From an uncultured Alphaproteobacteria bacterium (GTDB taxonomy: Bacteria; Pseudomonadota; Alphaproteobacteria; JAJTHO01; G963706365), in NCBI GenBank assembly GCA_963706365.1, contig OY970150.1, positions 1,596,265 to 1,660,264 on the forward strand: a DNA stretch of 64,000 nucleotides, in the 5' to 3' direction. The position numbers and the translations under genes were made by a program. A model generated the notes under the pieces. The model ran no database searches. It was not told the origin of the DNA and saw only the letters and a program-made list of their open reading frames with translations. This document shows, piece by piece, positions 11,101-18,546 of the stretch (position 1 is its first letter; every line of letters starts with the position of its first letter).

Positions 11101-12236
11101 ACGGCAATGATGGCGGCAATAATAAAATTTAGGGCGGATTCCAGCACAACCTTGTAACCCAAAACAGCAAATTTTCGGGTAGAAGGGAAACAGGCACAAC
11201 CGGCTAGCACCGGTGTTAAAATACTAATAACTGTCCATTTAATCAGGGCATCAATCACCATCACTGAAAATAACAGGATAGGCAGAATAAACATGATGAT
11301 TAGTAACCCACCGGAAAATTTCCCGTCCCAGCTTCCATAACTACTAAACGTATGTATACCAACAGCCAGCCCATAGGAAAAGGCGCGTTGCAAGGTATGG
11401 ATCTGGCATTCCAGTTTATCCTTCATCAGGTGTTTTTCATTGGGTTCGCCATTAACGGTACTCATGCCCTCTAGGGCGGTTAAGTTAGTTGCATAACAAC
11501 CACGATCCCCTTTGTCCGGGTCAGAGCCCTGGTATCGTGCTTTATAAAGAAGAGAATCCTTTGGGCTGCCTTCTGTAATTATATCATAACCAAAATCAAT
11601 CCCACCACTTACCACCGGTTTATAGACATATTCCCAGTAAATATTATAACCACTGGCTGTAAAAGTGCCGACAACAAACAGAACCAGCATAACACGCACG
11701 AAAATGCTATTGCCGATATTGGCAATGCCGTTACTCGCGCCAAACGGCATCAAAATTTTAATAACCTGCCACATTATCCATAAGGCGAGTATGATGGCCA
11801 ATAGCTGCATAAATTTATCGCCGGCTTTATCCATCATTTCCGGTGGGTAAAGCATGGCCGCGGTAAAAATATGCGCGGCTATGGGGCAGACAAAACAGAA
11901 TTTCGACAAATTACCCTGAATTTCGCCAACAGATTTTTTGGCACCAGGGTCAGCAGCAACCATTTTGGTGCCATCATCACTTTGTGGAGTGCCTGCCCCT
12001 CCGTCTTGTGTTGTACTATCAGCAGGATCTAGCGTAGGGTCTTCCTCTGATGGTGTTTGACTTCCTCTTGTCTCGTTTCCCAGATTACTACCGTCCTGGC
12101 CAGGGTTGGCCGCATCATTATTGGCCTCAACATTATCCTGAGCATAAGCATCGCCAGAAAAACAGAGCATCAAGCAGCAAAAAATAACGAATAAAATGTG
12201 TCTAATCCGATACCTTTCCTGCTCTAAGTGATTCAT
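8139..12236 (-). CDS. Large VirB6/TrbL-like membrane protein with an embedded M23 (LytM-type) metallopeptidase domain and a long Gly-rich and coiled-coil C-terminal extension
   Basis: It is 1365 aa. A signal peptide and an acidic region precede the TM segments. A TrbL-like core spans about aa 110-390. The M23 motifs are HGGID (H-x3-D) and GNTGIGTGPHMHLEI (HxH), at about aa 495-630. Coiled-coil and Gly-zipper segments follow, running from about aa 640 to the C-terminus. Confidence 0.55.
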   Translation of the reverse strand: MNHLEQERYRIRHILFVIFCCLMLCFSGDAYAQDNVEANNDAANPGQDGSNLGNETRGSQTPSEEDPTLDPADSTTQDGGAGTPQSDDGTKMVAADPGAKKSVGEIQGNLSKFCFVCPIAAHIFTAAMLYPPEMMDKAGDKFMQLLAIILALWIMWQVIKILMPFGASNGIANIGNSIFVRVMLVLFVVGTFTASGYNIYWEYVYKPVVSGGIDFGYDIITEGSPKDSLLYKARYQGSDPDKGDRGCYATNLTALEGMSTVNGEPNEKHLMKDKLECQIHTLQRAFSYGLAVGIHTFSSYGSWDGKFSGGLLIIMFILPILLFSVMVIDALIKWTVISILTPVLAGCACFPSTRKFAVLGYKVVLESALNFIIAAIIAVLLSHMVHYAVIRLTTAESALAGAFNAFPEVVKEQIENAEAAEAAENGTPEDGVEDGVDPAISNPNEPVAALPIYEDYAASGAVDEYTHARKETLEYYDTLLQADGSESGTLINELPMGSGWTFPIDANDYKTMCTPGTHGGQKWGACRSYCTRRHGGIDIGCDAGAKQLSMKPGVILVAENVGGGCGNMVKIDHQDGYETKYCHLSKILSSAGQTVGAGAVVGLIGNTGIGTGPHMHLEIRLNGGLINPTDIVYNQAEGAVGVAGAGSPEKTPPVSMANVDWWLLFATGLISKHSMKNIAPMTSTILGSPALGGIGMAIFGSMAGLLGSGLKQGGGAVAGVATPFAQSMLPEGMANALGIDKNATYGNTTAPIPRTEDTAAGYGPRYEEGYGFMQDFELSGMGITAEQARAMQENPEEAAELLETMTLAMAGMGMGTVAALAGGNINAVQAGNEIDAEHAEAIAEAGEINDELLDEISSKELKQADRQIDEMTEQNIALQEQELQQNEVTEEEKQEEISNLQERVQEQIEEAKQAINDMFDAAENFNVVEFAINTSLGAAIMVGSFAADKVGSTKEYFGAMGKGLSRIPGSVAASVTPGKVAWGGAKLTGLISLNVANNILEGAGLGSEIGMDNFTEALKGKSVGRQAVNASLNLMADAQRRAGQPTATTQKEQVDRLAQLADDDQNVDQLIDRLNKFNDHLQSGAVSGKEKRELEKNAHIALIQATSMKMATTVAGTQDTTGRHDYMKDRIEAMASANVSEIRSVKEYKAEMDRAVEKYMNVVGEDRQTQSINAGLLAAAGVASIAGMSSVAGSNKQAIKAQMKSVSDNYKDSLQATSGTNTRIDNIAAHANRARHAAGDVFKKQEWEKTTATAADRNSFNAYSEAEKREMALDSITAERPKPQNTDADAGNLVKRGSIFDDMQDARNDIVPFSRRAKTDILDNTKSDSNLAKSLSDRIAAGKPTATAGTKQPAMAGSTSRGSDS
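10347..10754 (-). other. M23 peptidase catalytic domain within the 1365-aa VirB6-like protein
   Basis: The sequence TRRHGGIDIGCDAG ... YCHLS ... GNTGIGTGPHMHLEIRLNGG is the canonical LytM/lysostaphin-type zinc-binding motif set. Confidence 0.8.
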
Positions 12237-12243
12237 ATCACAT

Positions 12244-12272
12244 ATTTTATATTGATTTTATCAAATTTGCAA
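12244..12272 (-). promoter_or_regulatory. Candidate sigma70-like promoter for the VirB6-like operon: TTGCAA, 17 nt, TAAAAT, ending about 7 nt before the ATG, so the transcript would be leaderless or nearly so
   Basis: On the minus strand the sequence is ttgcaa atttgataaaatcaata taaaat atgtgat ATG. No SD-like sequence precedes the start codon. Confidence 0.25.
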
Positions 12273-12353
12273 CGTATAATAAGTTAATAAGAAAAAGAAA
12301 ATTTTTAAGGTTAAACAGTATTTAGCACATGGAAAGTAATTAGGTGAATTAAA

Positions 12354-12875
12354 ATGGGATGGCGGAATAGGACAAATAGAAATCTGATTGCTAAAGAATT
12401 AGTGAATCGGAGTGACAGAGCGCAAAGGTGGGGTGCTTTTGCTGTTGTTAGTCTAATATCTACATTATCACTTGCTGTTGGTAATTTTACCGGCTGGAAT
12501 ACTTACAACTCAAATCAGCCAAAAAATCCTGATCAGCCTCAACCTGTAGATGTTATTGCCTCAGCGCCGACATTAAATGCTCATATTGAAGTTTTAGAGG
12601 AAAATTTAGAAGCACCAAGGATAGGTGGTTCAAGTACCATGACAATGGATCAAATTAATACGGCTGCAAAGCAGCTAGGATGGTCAACTGATATTGACCA
12701 GAATGCTATTGCTTCAGCAAACGAGACCGATAGCATTAAGACTTCTCCAGTAGAACAAGCACCCAGTGGGTATATAGGCGATATCGCTTTTACTATGCCG
12801 TCATCAGCCACCCCATCTGAAATTAATATGGCAGAATTTTCTATGTTGGTGTTAGGTTCTGGCAGAACAGGCTAA
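12354..12875 (+). CDS. Hypothetical membrane-anchored protein, divergent from the VirB6-like operon
   Basis: It is 173 aa. One N-terminal TM helix (GAFAVVSLISTLSLAVG) is followed by a low-complexity Pro/Gln/Ser-rich region. No recognisable domain. Confidence 0.4.
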   Translation: MGWRNRTNRNLIAKELVNRSDRAQRWGAFAVVSLISTLSLAVGNFTGWNTYNSNQPKNPDQPQPVDVIASAPTLNAHIEVLEENLEAPRIGGSSTMTMDQINTAAKQLGWSTDIDQNAIASANETDSIKTSPVEQAPSGYIGDIAFTMPSSATPSEINMAEFSMLVLGSGRTG

Positions 12876-12922
12876 TAAAACAAACCTCTTGCATCCTAAT
12901 TAAAACTATCTAGGTAAAACAT

Positions 12923-14563
12923 ATGCCTAGTTCTTCACCAATTTTACTAACAGTTGTTGCCGATGGCTTGGGGTATCCATTACAAGACCCGGCCACGGAT
13001 ATGCATGTAAACAGCGCTGTTCGCCCTGACACATGCCCCAATATTTTTCGATTGATACAGCAAGGCAGCACCACTTTGCTGGAAGCTTCTTGCGAACCTG
13101 TTGGTTTGGCGGCTGGCCAAATGGGGGGATCAGAAGGCGGACATGCAACTATTGGCTCTGGCCAGCCCGTAGCGTTGGGCGCCGGCGCAATTGTAGACGC
13201 TTTTAAAAGTGGTGCTTTCGAAAAAAGCGCCCCGATGCAAGATGCTATTAATCATTTAAAAACAATGGGAAAAACCATGCATTTGCTTGGTATTTTATCC
13301 GATGGCGGTGTGCACAGCAATTTAGATGATATCATTAGAACAGCAAAAATATTCGCAGATAAGGGTATTAAGGTTCATGTTCATGGTCTTGCCGATGGCC
13401 GCGATGTTTTTCCCCATTCTGTAAAAACCTATCTACAACAATTTTACGAAGCAACCCACGATAATGATAACATCGAACTGGTTAGCCTTTGTGGTCGGGC
13501 AAAACTAGACCGTGCCGAAAATTGGGAGGTGACCAATAAGCTTATCCAAAATATTTGTACGGCGCATACAAAGACCTGGCATGATGGAATCGAAGCGGCT
13601 GAAGATTTTTATAGTCAATCCAGTGAACCTGATGAACATATGGGGTTTTATGCCTTGAAAGGGCATAGCGGTATTCAGGATGGGGACTGTGTTTTAATTT
13701 GCCATCACCGCCCGGATAGAGTGCAACAACCAGCCGCCGTTTTTGATGGCAATTACAGTGGCTTTACGGAAAAACCCTACGTACCTTTTATACCGCCAAA
13801 AATCCACAGTATTGCTGCCTTTATCCCGCTGGGTAAGGTGTCGGTTCCTTACATCACAGACATCTCTTATCCCCTCCAAACAGTTACTTCCTTATATACC
13901 GATGCTGGGCATAAGGTTTTGAAAGTGGCCGAAAAACAAAAAGGCCCGCATGCAACAGTTTTTTACAATGGCGGCAATATTAAAAAGCATGAGGGGGAAA
14001 CACAAATTATTATAGCTTCCGATAAGGATAATTTTGATCAAAACCCGGCTATGAAAGCGCCGGAAATCACTGAACGCGTTATTGAAGGTTTACAATCGGG
14101 TGATTATAGCCATATTTTTGTTAATTATGCCAACCCAGATATGGTGGGACATACTGGTAATTTAGCAGCCACAGAACAAGCTGTTAAAATTGTTGATGAA
14201 CAACTAGAACGTATCTTAAAAGTTATCCGGCAAATGCAGCAAGAAGTTGTATTAGTATTTACCGCCGATCATGGCAACGCCGAGAAAATGGCGGTTGATG
14301 GTAAAATGCAAACCAGCCATTCTGTAGGTGCTGTGCCCTGTGTGTTTTATAATCGAAAAATTCATGGTAATTTTGATTTCAATACAACGCCGGTTTATAT
14401 TGCTGCCGAGCAGTTGAGAACAGCACAAACAAGATCAATCGCCAATATTGCCGCAACGTCGCTAAAAATTATGCAGGAATTTGGTTTAAATTTACCTATT
14501 CCGGATACAATGGAACCTGCCCTAGATGTGATAACCGAGCAATTTTCCAGGTTGGCAGCATGA
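12923..14563 (+). CDS. gpmI: 2,3-bisphosphoglycerate-independent phosphoglycerate mutase
   Basis: It is 546 aa. Motifs include SDGGVHS, HGLADGRDV, the GHTG metal-binding region and TADHGNAE. Confidence 0.9.
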   Translation: MPSSSPILLTVVADGLGYPLQDPATDMHVNSAVRPDTCPNIFRLIQQGSTTLLEASCEPVGLAAGQMGGSEGGHATIGSGQPVALGAGAIVDAFKSGAFEKSAPMQDAINHLKTMGKTMHLLGILSDGGVHSNLDDIIRTAKIFADKGIKVHVHGLADGRDVFPHSVKTYLQQFYEATHDNDNIELVSLCGRAKLDRAENWEVTNKLIQNICTAHTKTWHDGIEAAEDFYSQSSEPDEHMGFYALKGHSGIQDGDCVLICHHRPDRVQQPAAVFDGNYSGFTEKPYVPFIPPKIHSIAAFIPLGKVSVPYITDISYPLQTVTSLYTDAGHKVLKVAEKQKGPHATVFYNGGNIKKHEGETQIIIASDKDNFDQNPAMKAPEITERVIEGLQSGDYSHIFVNYANPDMVGHTGNLAATEQAVKIVDEQLERILKVIRQMQQEVVLVFTADHGNAEKMAVDGKMQTSHSVGAVPCVFYNRKIHGNFDFNTTPVYIAAEQLRTAQTRSIANIAATSLKIMQEFGLNLPIPDTMEPALDVITEQFSRLAA

Positions 14564-14594
14564 TTTGTCCTAGTTAATGCCTTGTATTTACAAC

Positions 14595-15935
14595 CTATTT
14601 TCCGTTTAGTCTCTCCACAATTTTTTCCCGGCCAATTAAAGGCAATAATACGGGCAGTTCAGGGCCATGCTGTTGGCCTGTTAAAGCTAAACGTAAAGGC
14701 ATAAACAGTTGTTTGCCTTTGCGGCCAGTGGCTTCTTTAAGGGCTGTTGTCCATTCCTGCCAGCTAGCCATATTAATGGTTGTGGGCAATAAATTTGCTG
14801 CCATGGTAATAAATTCTGCATCTTCATCGGCAATGGCGGGCTGAACATCGCCATAGCATATGTGGTGCCATTCTTTAAAGTCATCTATTTTTTCCAGGTT
14901 ATCGCGCACCCCAATCCAGAAAGCTTCATCGGCGTTATCTGGTAATTGATTTTTCACCGCTTCAAAAGGCAATTGATGCACTAGCAAAGCATTAAGGCGA
15001 TTCAGTTCATCCATATCAAAGCGTGGGGTGTTGCGACCATAATTGCTGATATCAAAATCTGCAATGAGTGCGGCCAGGTTTTTTTGTGGCTGCACGGCTT
15101 CACTGCTGCCCAGGTAAGCCAGTAAGCTATTAATCGCCATAGGCAGATAGCCATCTTCTCGTAATTGCTCAATACTAAAAGAGCCAAATCTTTTGGATAG
15201 TCCTTCGCCATCCTTACCGGTTAGTAAAGATAAGTGGCCATAGGTTGGAGGTGTGCCGCCCAAAGCCTGACAAACCTGAATTTGGGCGGCGGTATTAGCC
15301 ACATGATCTTCGCCGCGCAAAACATGGGTAACTTGATGGTCGATGTCATCAACCACAGATGCCAATGTATAAATAGGGCGGCCATTGGCGCGGAATAACA
15401 CAGGATCAGAAAGATTGGCACCGTGAAAAGCAACCGCGCCACGCCCTAAATCTTGCCATTCTATAGGCTCGTGTTCCAGTTTGAAACGCCAATGTGGTTC
15501 CATATCCTTGCTGTTATATTCATCAATCTGCTGCTGTGTAAGCGACAACGCCGCACGATCATAAACGGGTGGCTTGCCGTTATTTAGCTGAATCTTGCGC
15601 TTTAAGCTAAGTTCTTCTGGCGTTTCATAGCAAGGGTACAAACGGCCATTTTTTTTTAATGTTTCAAATGCCCAATCATAGCGATGATCACGGTTGCTTT
15701 GCGCATCCGTTTCATCCCAGTTCAAACCCAGCCAGCCTAAATCGCGCTGAATGGCCTCGGCAAATTCCTGGGTAGAGCGTTCAGTGTCTGTATCATCAGA
15801 TCTTAATAAAAAAACCCCATTTTGCTTGCGGGTAAATAACCAGTTAATAAGGGCAATACGAATATTACCCACATGCAATTTACCGGTGGGTGAGGGGGCA
15901 AAACGGGTTTTTACGGTGGTTGTTGACATATCCAT
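14595..15935 (-). CDS. gltX: Glutamate--tRNA ligase (class I aaRS, GltX family). A glutamyl-Q tRNA(Asp) synthetase-like paralog is less likely at this length.
   Basis: RFAPSPTGKLHVGNIRIAL is the HIGH motif. The sequence LRSDDTDTERST is also present. Length is 446 aa. Confidence 0.8.
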   Translation of the reverse strand: MDMSTTTVKTRFAPSPTGKLHVGNIRIALINWLFTRKQNGVFLLRSDDTDTERSTQEFAEAIQRDLGWLGLNWDETDAQSNRDHRYDWAFETLKKNGRLYPCYETPEELSLKRKIQLNNGKPPVYDRAALSLTQQQIDEYNSKDMEPHWRFKLEHEPIEWQDLGRGAVAFHGANLSDPVLFRANGRPIYTLASVVDDIDHQVTHVLRGEDHVANTAAQIQVCQALGGTPPTYGHLSLLTGKDGEGLSKRFGSFSIEQLREDGYLPMAINSLLAYLGSSEAVQPQKNLAALIADFDISNYGRNTPRFDMDELNRLNALLVHQLPFEAVKNQLPDNADEAFWIGVRDNLEKIDDFKEWHHICYGDVQPAIADEDAEFITMAANLLPTTINMASWQEWTTALKEATGRKGKQLFMPLRLALTGQQHGPELPVLLPLIGREKIVERLNGK

Positions 15936-15950
15936 GTGGTGATACTGGCT

Positions 15951-16382
15951 TTAAAATGGCTTGGCAACGGCTAGAATAACAATCAGGATAAACAGCAGGG
16001 TTGGTACTTCATTTAACAGGCGATAAAATTTACCGGGTCTGCGTAGGCCTTCGGCTAATCTGATGCGTTCTTTACCTAAAAAGCCGTGCAAGGCGGCCAT
16101 GCCCAATACGAGAATAACTTTTAGAATTAGCCATGTCGGCCAAACACCGGCAACAATCTGTGTTATCAAAAATAACCCGAATATAAAGGTTACCAGCATG
16201 GCGGGTGTCATGATGTAGCGAAGCAGTTTATATTCCATAGTTTGCAGCATTTTATCTTGCTCGCTATTTTGCAGGGCGCATTCTGTATGGTAAACATATA
16301 ACCTGGGCAGATAAAACATTCCTGCCATCCAGGAAGTGAAACCAACGATATGGATTATCTTACAGGCAAGATAGAAATTCAT
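15951..16382 (-). CDS. hemJ: Protoporphyrinogen IX oxidase HemJ (CopD-like membrane protein, UPF0093)
   Basis: It is 143 aa and reads KIIHIVGFTSWMAGMFYLPRLYVYH. This is the typical HemJ family signature, with four TM helices. Confidence 0.75.
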   Translation of the reverse strand: MNFYLACKIIHIVGFTSWMAGMFYLPRLYVYHTECALQNSEQDKMLQTMEYKLLRYIMTPAMLVTFIFGLFLITQIVAGVWPTWLILKVILVLGMAALHGFLGKERIRLAEGLRRPGKFYRLLNEVPTLLFILIVILAVAKPF

Positions 16383-16423
16383 TTCATTGATTTAAACACT
16401 TAGGTTGGCTATGAAAAGCTTAT

Positions 16424-17146
16424 ATGAACCAAGAATATACATTTCATATTTTCGACGGTATTGTTTTGGCAGTATTGGCAATTTCTGCTCTGGTTGGCTT
16501 ATCACGTGGTATTGTGCGAGAGGTTTTGGGTATAGGCTGCTGGGTTGTTGCCTTTTTTGCTGCCATTTATGCTTATGACGCGTTTTACCCTTTTTGGACG
16601 GGGGTTATTAGCAACAAAATGGTGGCGAGTGTGGCGGCCTATGCTGTAACGTTTATTGGTGTATTGTCGATTTGCTTGTTACTATCCAGTCAGATTTCTC
16701 GTCGTATTGATGACAGTGAATTGAATTCCCTGGATCGTAGTTTAGGCCTGGTCTTTGGTTTAACGCGCGGTGCTGTTATTATTTGCTTGGGCTATCTAAT
16801 TATCGCCAGCTTTCATGATTCAGAGGAAACCTTACCCGATGCTATTAAAAATGCGCGTACGGTTCCCCTGGTGCAGGATGGCGTACAGGTGATGCTCGCC
16901 TTGTTACCTGATAGCATGAGCCAGGATACCGAAGAAATGGTTGAAGAGCAGCAGAAGGCTTTGGAGGAATTAAAAGCTGTAGATGACAAAGCAGAAAAAC
17001 CTTCTATTACGCCTATTGATCGTAAGCCTGCTGAAAAACCCGTTATCATTTTGAACAAAAAAGAAGAAGCCCCCAAACCAGCAGCCACAACCTACGATAG
17101 CCGAGAGCAGCAGCGTCTGGAACAGTTGATTGAGAGTGTTCAGTAA
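16424..17146 (+). CDS. cvpA: CvpA family (colicin V production) membrane protein
   Basis: The N-terminus FDGIVLAVLAISALVGLSRGIVREVLGIGCWVVAFFAA is typical of CvpA. Confidence 0.8.
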   Translation: MNQEYTFHIFDGIVLAVLAISALVGLSRGIVREVLGIGCWVVAFFAAIYAYDAFYPFWTGVISNKMVASVAAYAVTFIGVLSICLLLSSQISRRIDDSELNSLDRSLGLVFGLTRGAVIICLGYLIIASFHDSEETLPDAIKNARTVPLVQDGVQVMLALLPDSMSQDTEEMVEEQQKALEELKAVDDKAEKPSITPIDRKPAEKPVIILNKKEEAPKPAATTYDSREQQRLEQLIESVQ

Positions 17147-17149
17147 ACT

Positions 17150-17212
17150 ATAGAACCCATTTATTGTCAAATGGGTTCTATACGTGGGTTTCCGCGTAAG
17201 CTCTTATACCTT
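17150..17212. repeat. Composite palindromic element: family C hairpin (tatagaacccat...atgggttctata) fused to a family A copy (tacgtgggtttccgcgtaagctctta), between convergent cvpA and nadE
   Basis: It has a 12-bp inverted repeat with a 10-nt loop, followed immediately by the 24-nt family A motif. Confidence 0.65.
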
Positions 17213-17222
17213 AAAACACTTT

Positions 17223-18062
17223 TCAAAACCGATTAGTAATTGGTAAACGCCAATCTTTGCCAAAACTCATGGAACTTAACTTTACGCCTGGCGGGGCTTG
17301 AAAGCGTTTATATTCGTTGCGGCGTAGCATTTTCCATACTTTTTCTACCGTAGCAGGGTTATGGCCGTAGGTCGCTATTTCATCTGGGCTTAAACTTTGC
17401 TCAATAAAGCCTTTTAAAATACTATCTAGTTCTACATAGTCAGGCAGGCTGTCACTATCTTTTTGATCAGGTTTCAATTCCGCAGAAGGGGGACGGTCTA
17501 TAATGCGTTGCGGGATAACCTCCTTATCGCGATTTATCCAGCGGCACATTTTGTATACATCCGTTTTATAAAGGTCTTTTATCGGGTTATACCCGCCGCA
17601 CATATCACCATAAAGGGTTGAATAGCCTACAGCCATTTCTGATTTGTTGCCAGTGGTTAGCAGCATGACACCCGTTTGGTTGCTGATAGCCATTAAAAAT
17701 AAGCCGCGCAGCCGAGATTGAATATTCTGTGCCGTAATATCGGTTAATGTGCCTAACACTGGTTCTAAACTTTTATTGGCGCTTTGCATGCTGTCTTCAA
17801 TAGGAACCGTGTCTAGTTTTACATGCAGATTTTTGGCAAGCGCAGCGGCATCTTCTAGACTAATTTGCGAAGTATACGGGGAGGGCAGCATAATGCATCG
17901 AACATTTTCTGGCCGCAAGGCGTGCGCCGCTAAGGTTGCAACCAGCGCAGAATCTACCCCGCCGGAAAGCCCCAGAATAACCTGTTGGAAATTGTTTTTC
18001 CGGCAGTAATCCTTTAAGGCCAGAACAATAGCATGATAGTAGTTTTCGATTATTTTTGACAC
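17223..18062 (-). CDS. nadE: NH3-dependent NAD+ synthetase
   Basis: ILGLSGGVDSALVATLA is the PP-loop SGGxDS motif. Length is 279 aa. Confidence 0.9.
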   Translation of the reverse strand: MSKIIENYYHAIVLALKDYCRKNNFQQVILGLSGGVDSALVATLAAHALRPENVRCIMLPSPYTSQISLEDAAALAKNLHVKLDTVPIEDSMQSANKSLEPVLGTLTDITAQNIQSRLRGLFLMAISNQTGVMLLTTGNKSEMAVGYSTLYGDMCGGYNPIKDLYKTDVYKMCRWINRDKEVIPQRIIDRPPSAELKPDQKDSDSLPDYVELDSILKGFIEQSLSPDEIATYGHNPATVEKVWKMLRRNEYKRFQAPPGVKLSSMSFGKDWRLPITNRF

Positions 18063-18126
18063 GCTGTAGTATAATCCTTGGGGTGACGTTGTTATGCCGT
18101 GATTATAAAATAATTCTATAAAGATT

Positions 18127-18546
18127 CTACAGTTTCATAACACTGTTGCTCCATTCTTCTTTAAGTGCTTCTTGTTGTTTATCGACAATCACTAAGCGGC
18201 GTTGAATAATTTTGCGTTGAATAGCTTTTACAACCACCGGAACAGTGAAAACCACTAGCCAGCCAATACCGGCATAGCCATAAATAATTAGCCATGTTAA
18301 GCTGTCGGAAACCACCTTCATACCGGCATCCATATCTTGCCCTATGGGAATGAGATCCATCATATAAGGTACAATGCCGGCCATATTAAAAAAAGCGACA
18401 GTTTTAGGAATACTTCCGTTGCTGCGCGTGTCGCTAAATTTGGCGGCCAATGTTGGCACCAGGCCAATGAACAGCAAAATGGCCGCGGGTATAGACGCCA
18501 CGGCAATCATGATAACTAGTAGTAGAATCAGTATATTACTTTTCAT
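18127..18546 (-). CDS. Small hypothetical inner-membrane protein, translationally coupled to the upstream kinase-like gene by a 4-nt overlap
   Basis: It is 139 aa with 3-4 predicted TM helices. It has no recognisable domain. Confidence 0.4.
   Translation of the reverse strand: MKSNILILLLVIMIAVASIPAAILLFIGLVPTLAAKFSDTRSNGSIPKTVAFFNMAGIVPYMMDLIPIGQDMDAGMKVVSDSLTWLIIYGYAGIGWLVVFTVPVVVKAIQRKIIQRRLVIVDKQQEALKEEWSNSVMKL

Noticed and set aside
8161-11850. Multiple plus-strand ORFs (for example 9091..9639 and 10021..10341) inside the 1365-aa minus-strand gene
   Set aside because: They are shadow frames of a long, clean minus-strand ORF with recognisable domains.
8139-12236. Alternative reading of the 1365-aa protein as a phage tail tape-measure protein. 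Tape-measure proteins often combine hydrophobic Gly-rich segments, coiled coils and M23 domains.
   Set aside because: An N-terminal signal peptide, a polytopic TrbL-like core that is paralogous to and coupled with the neighbouring 479-aa membrane protein, and the absence of any phage structural genes nearby all favour a membrane-protein interpretation. The alternative is kept as a caveat in the finding.
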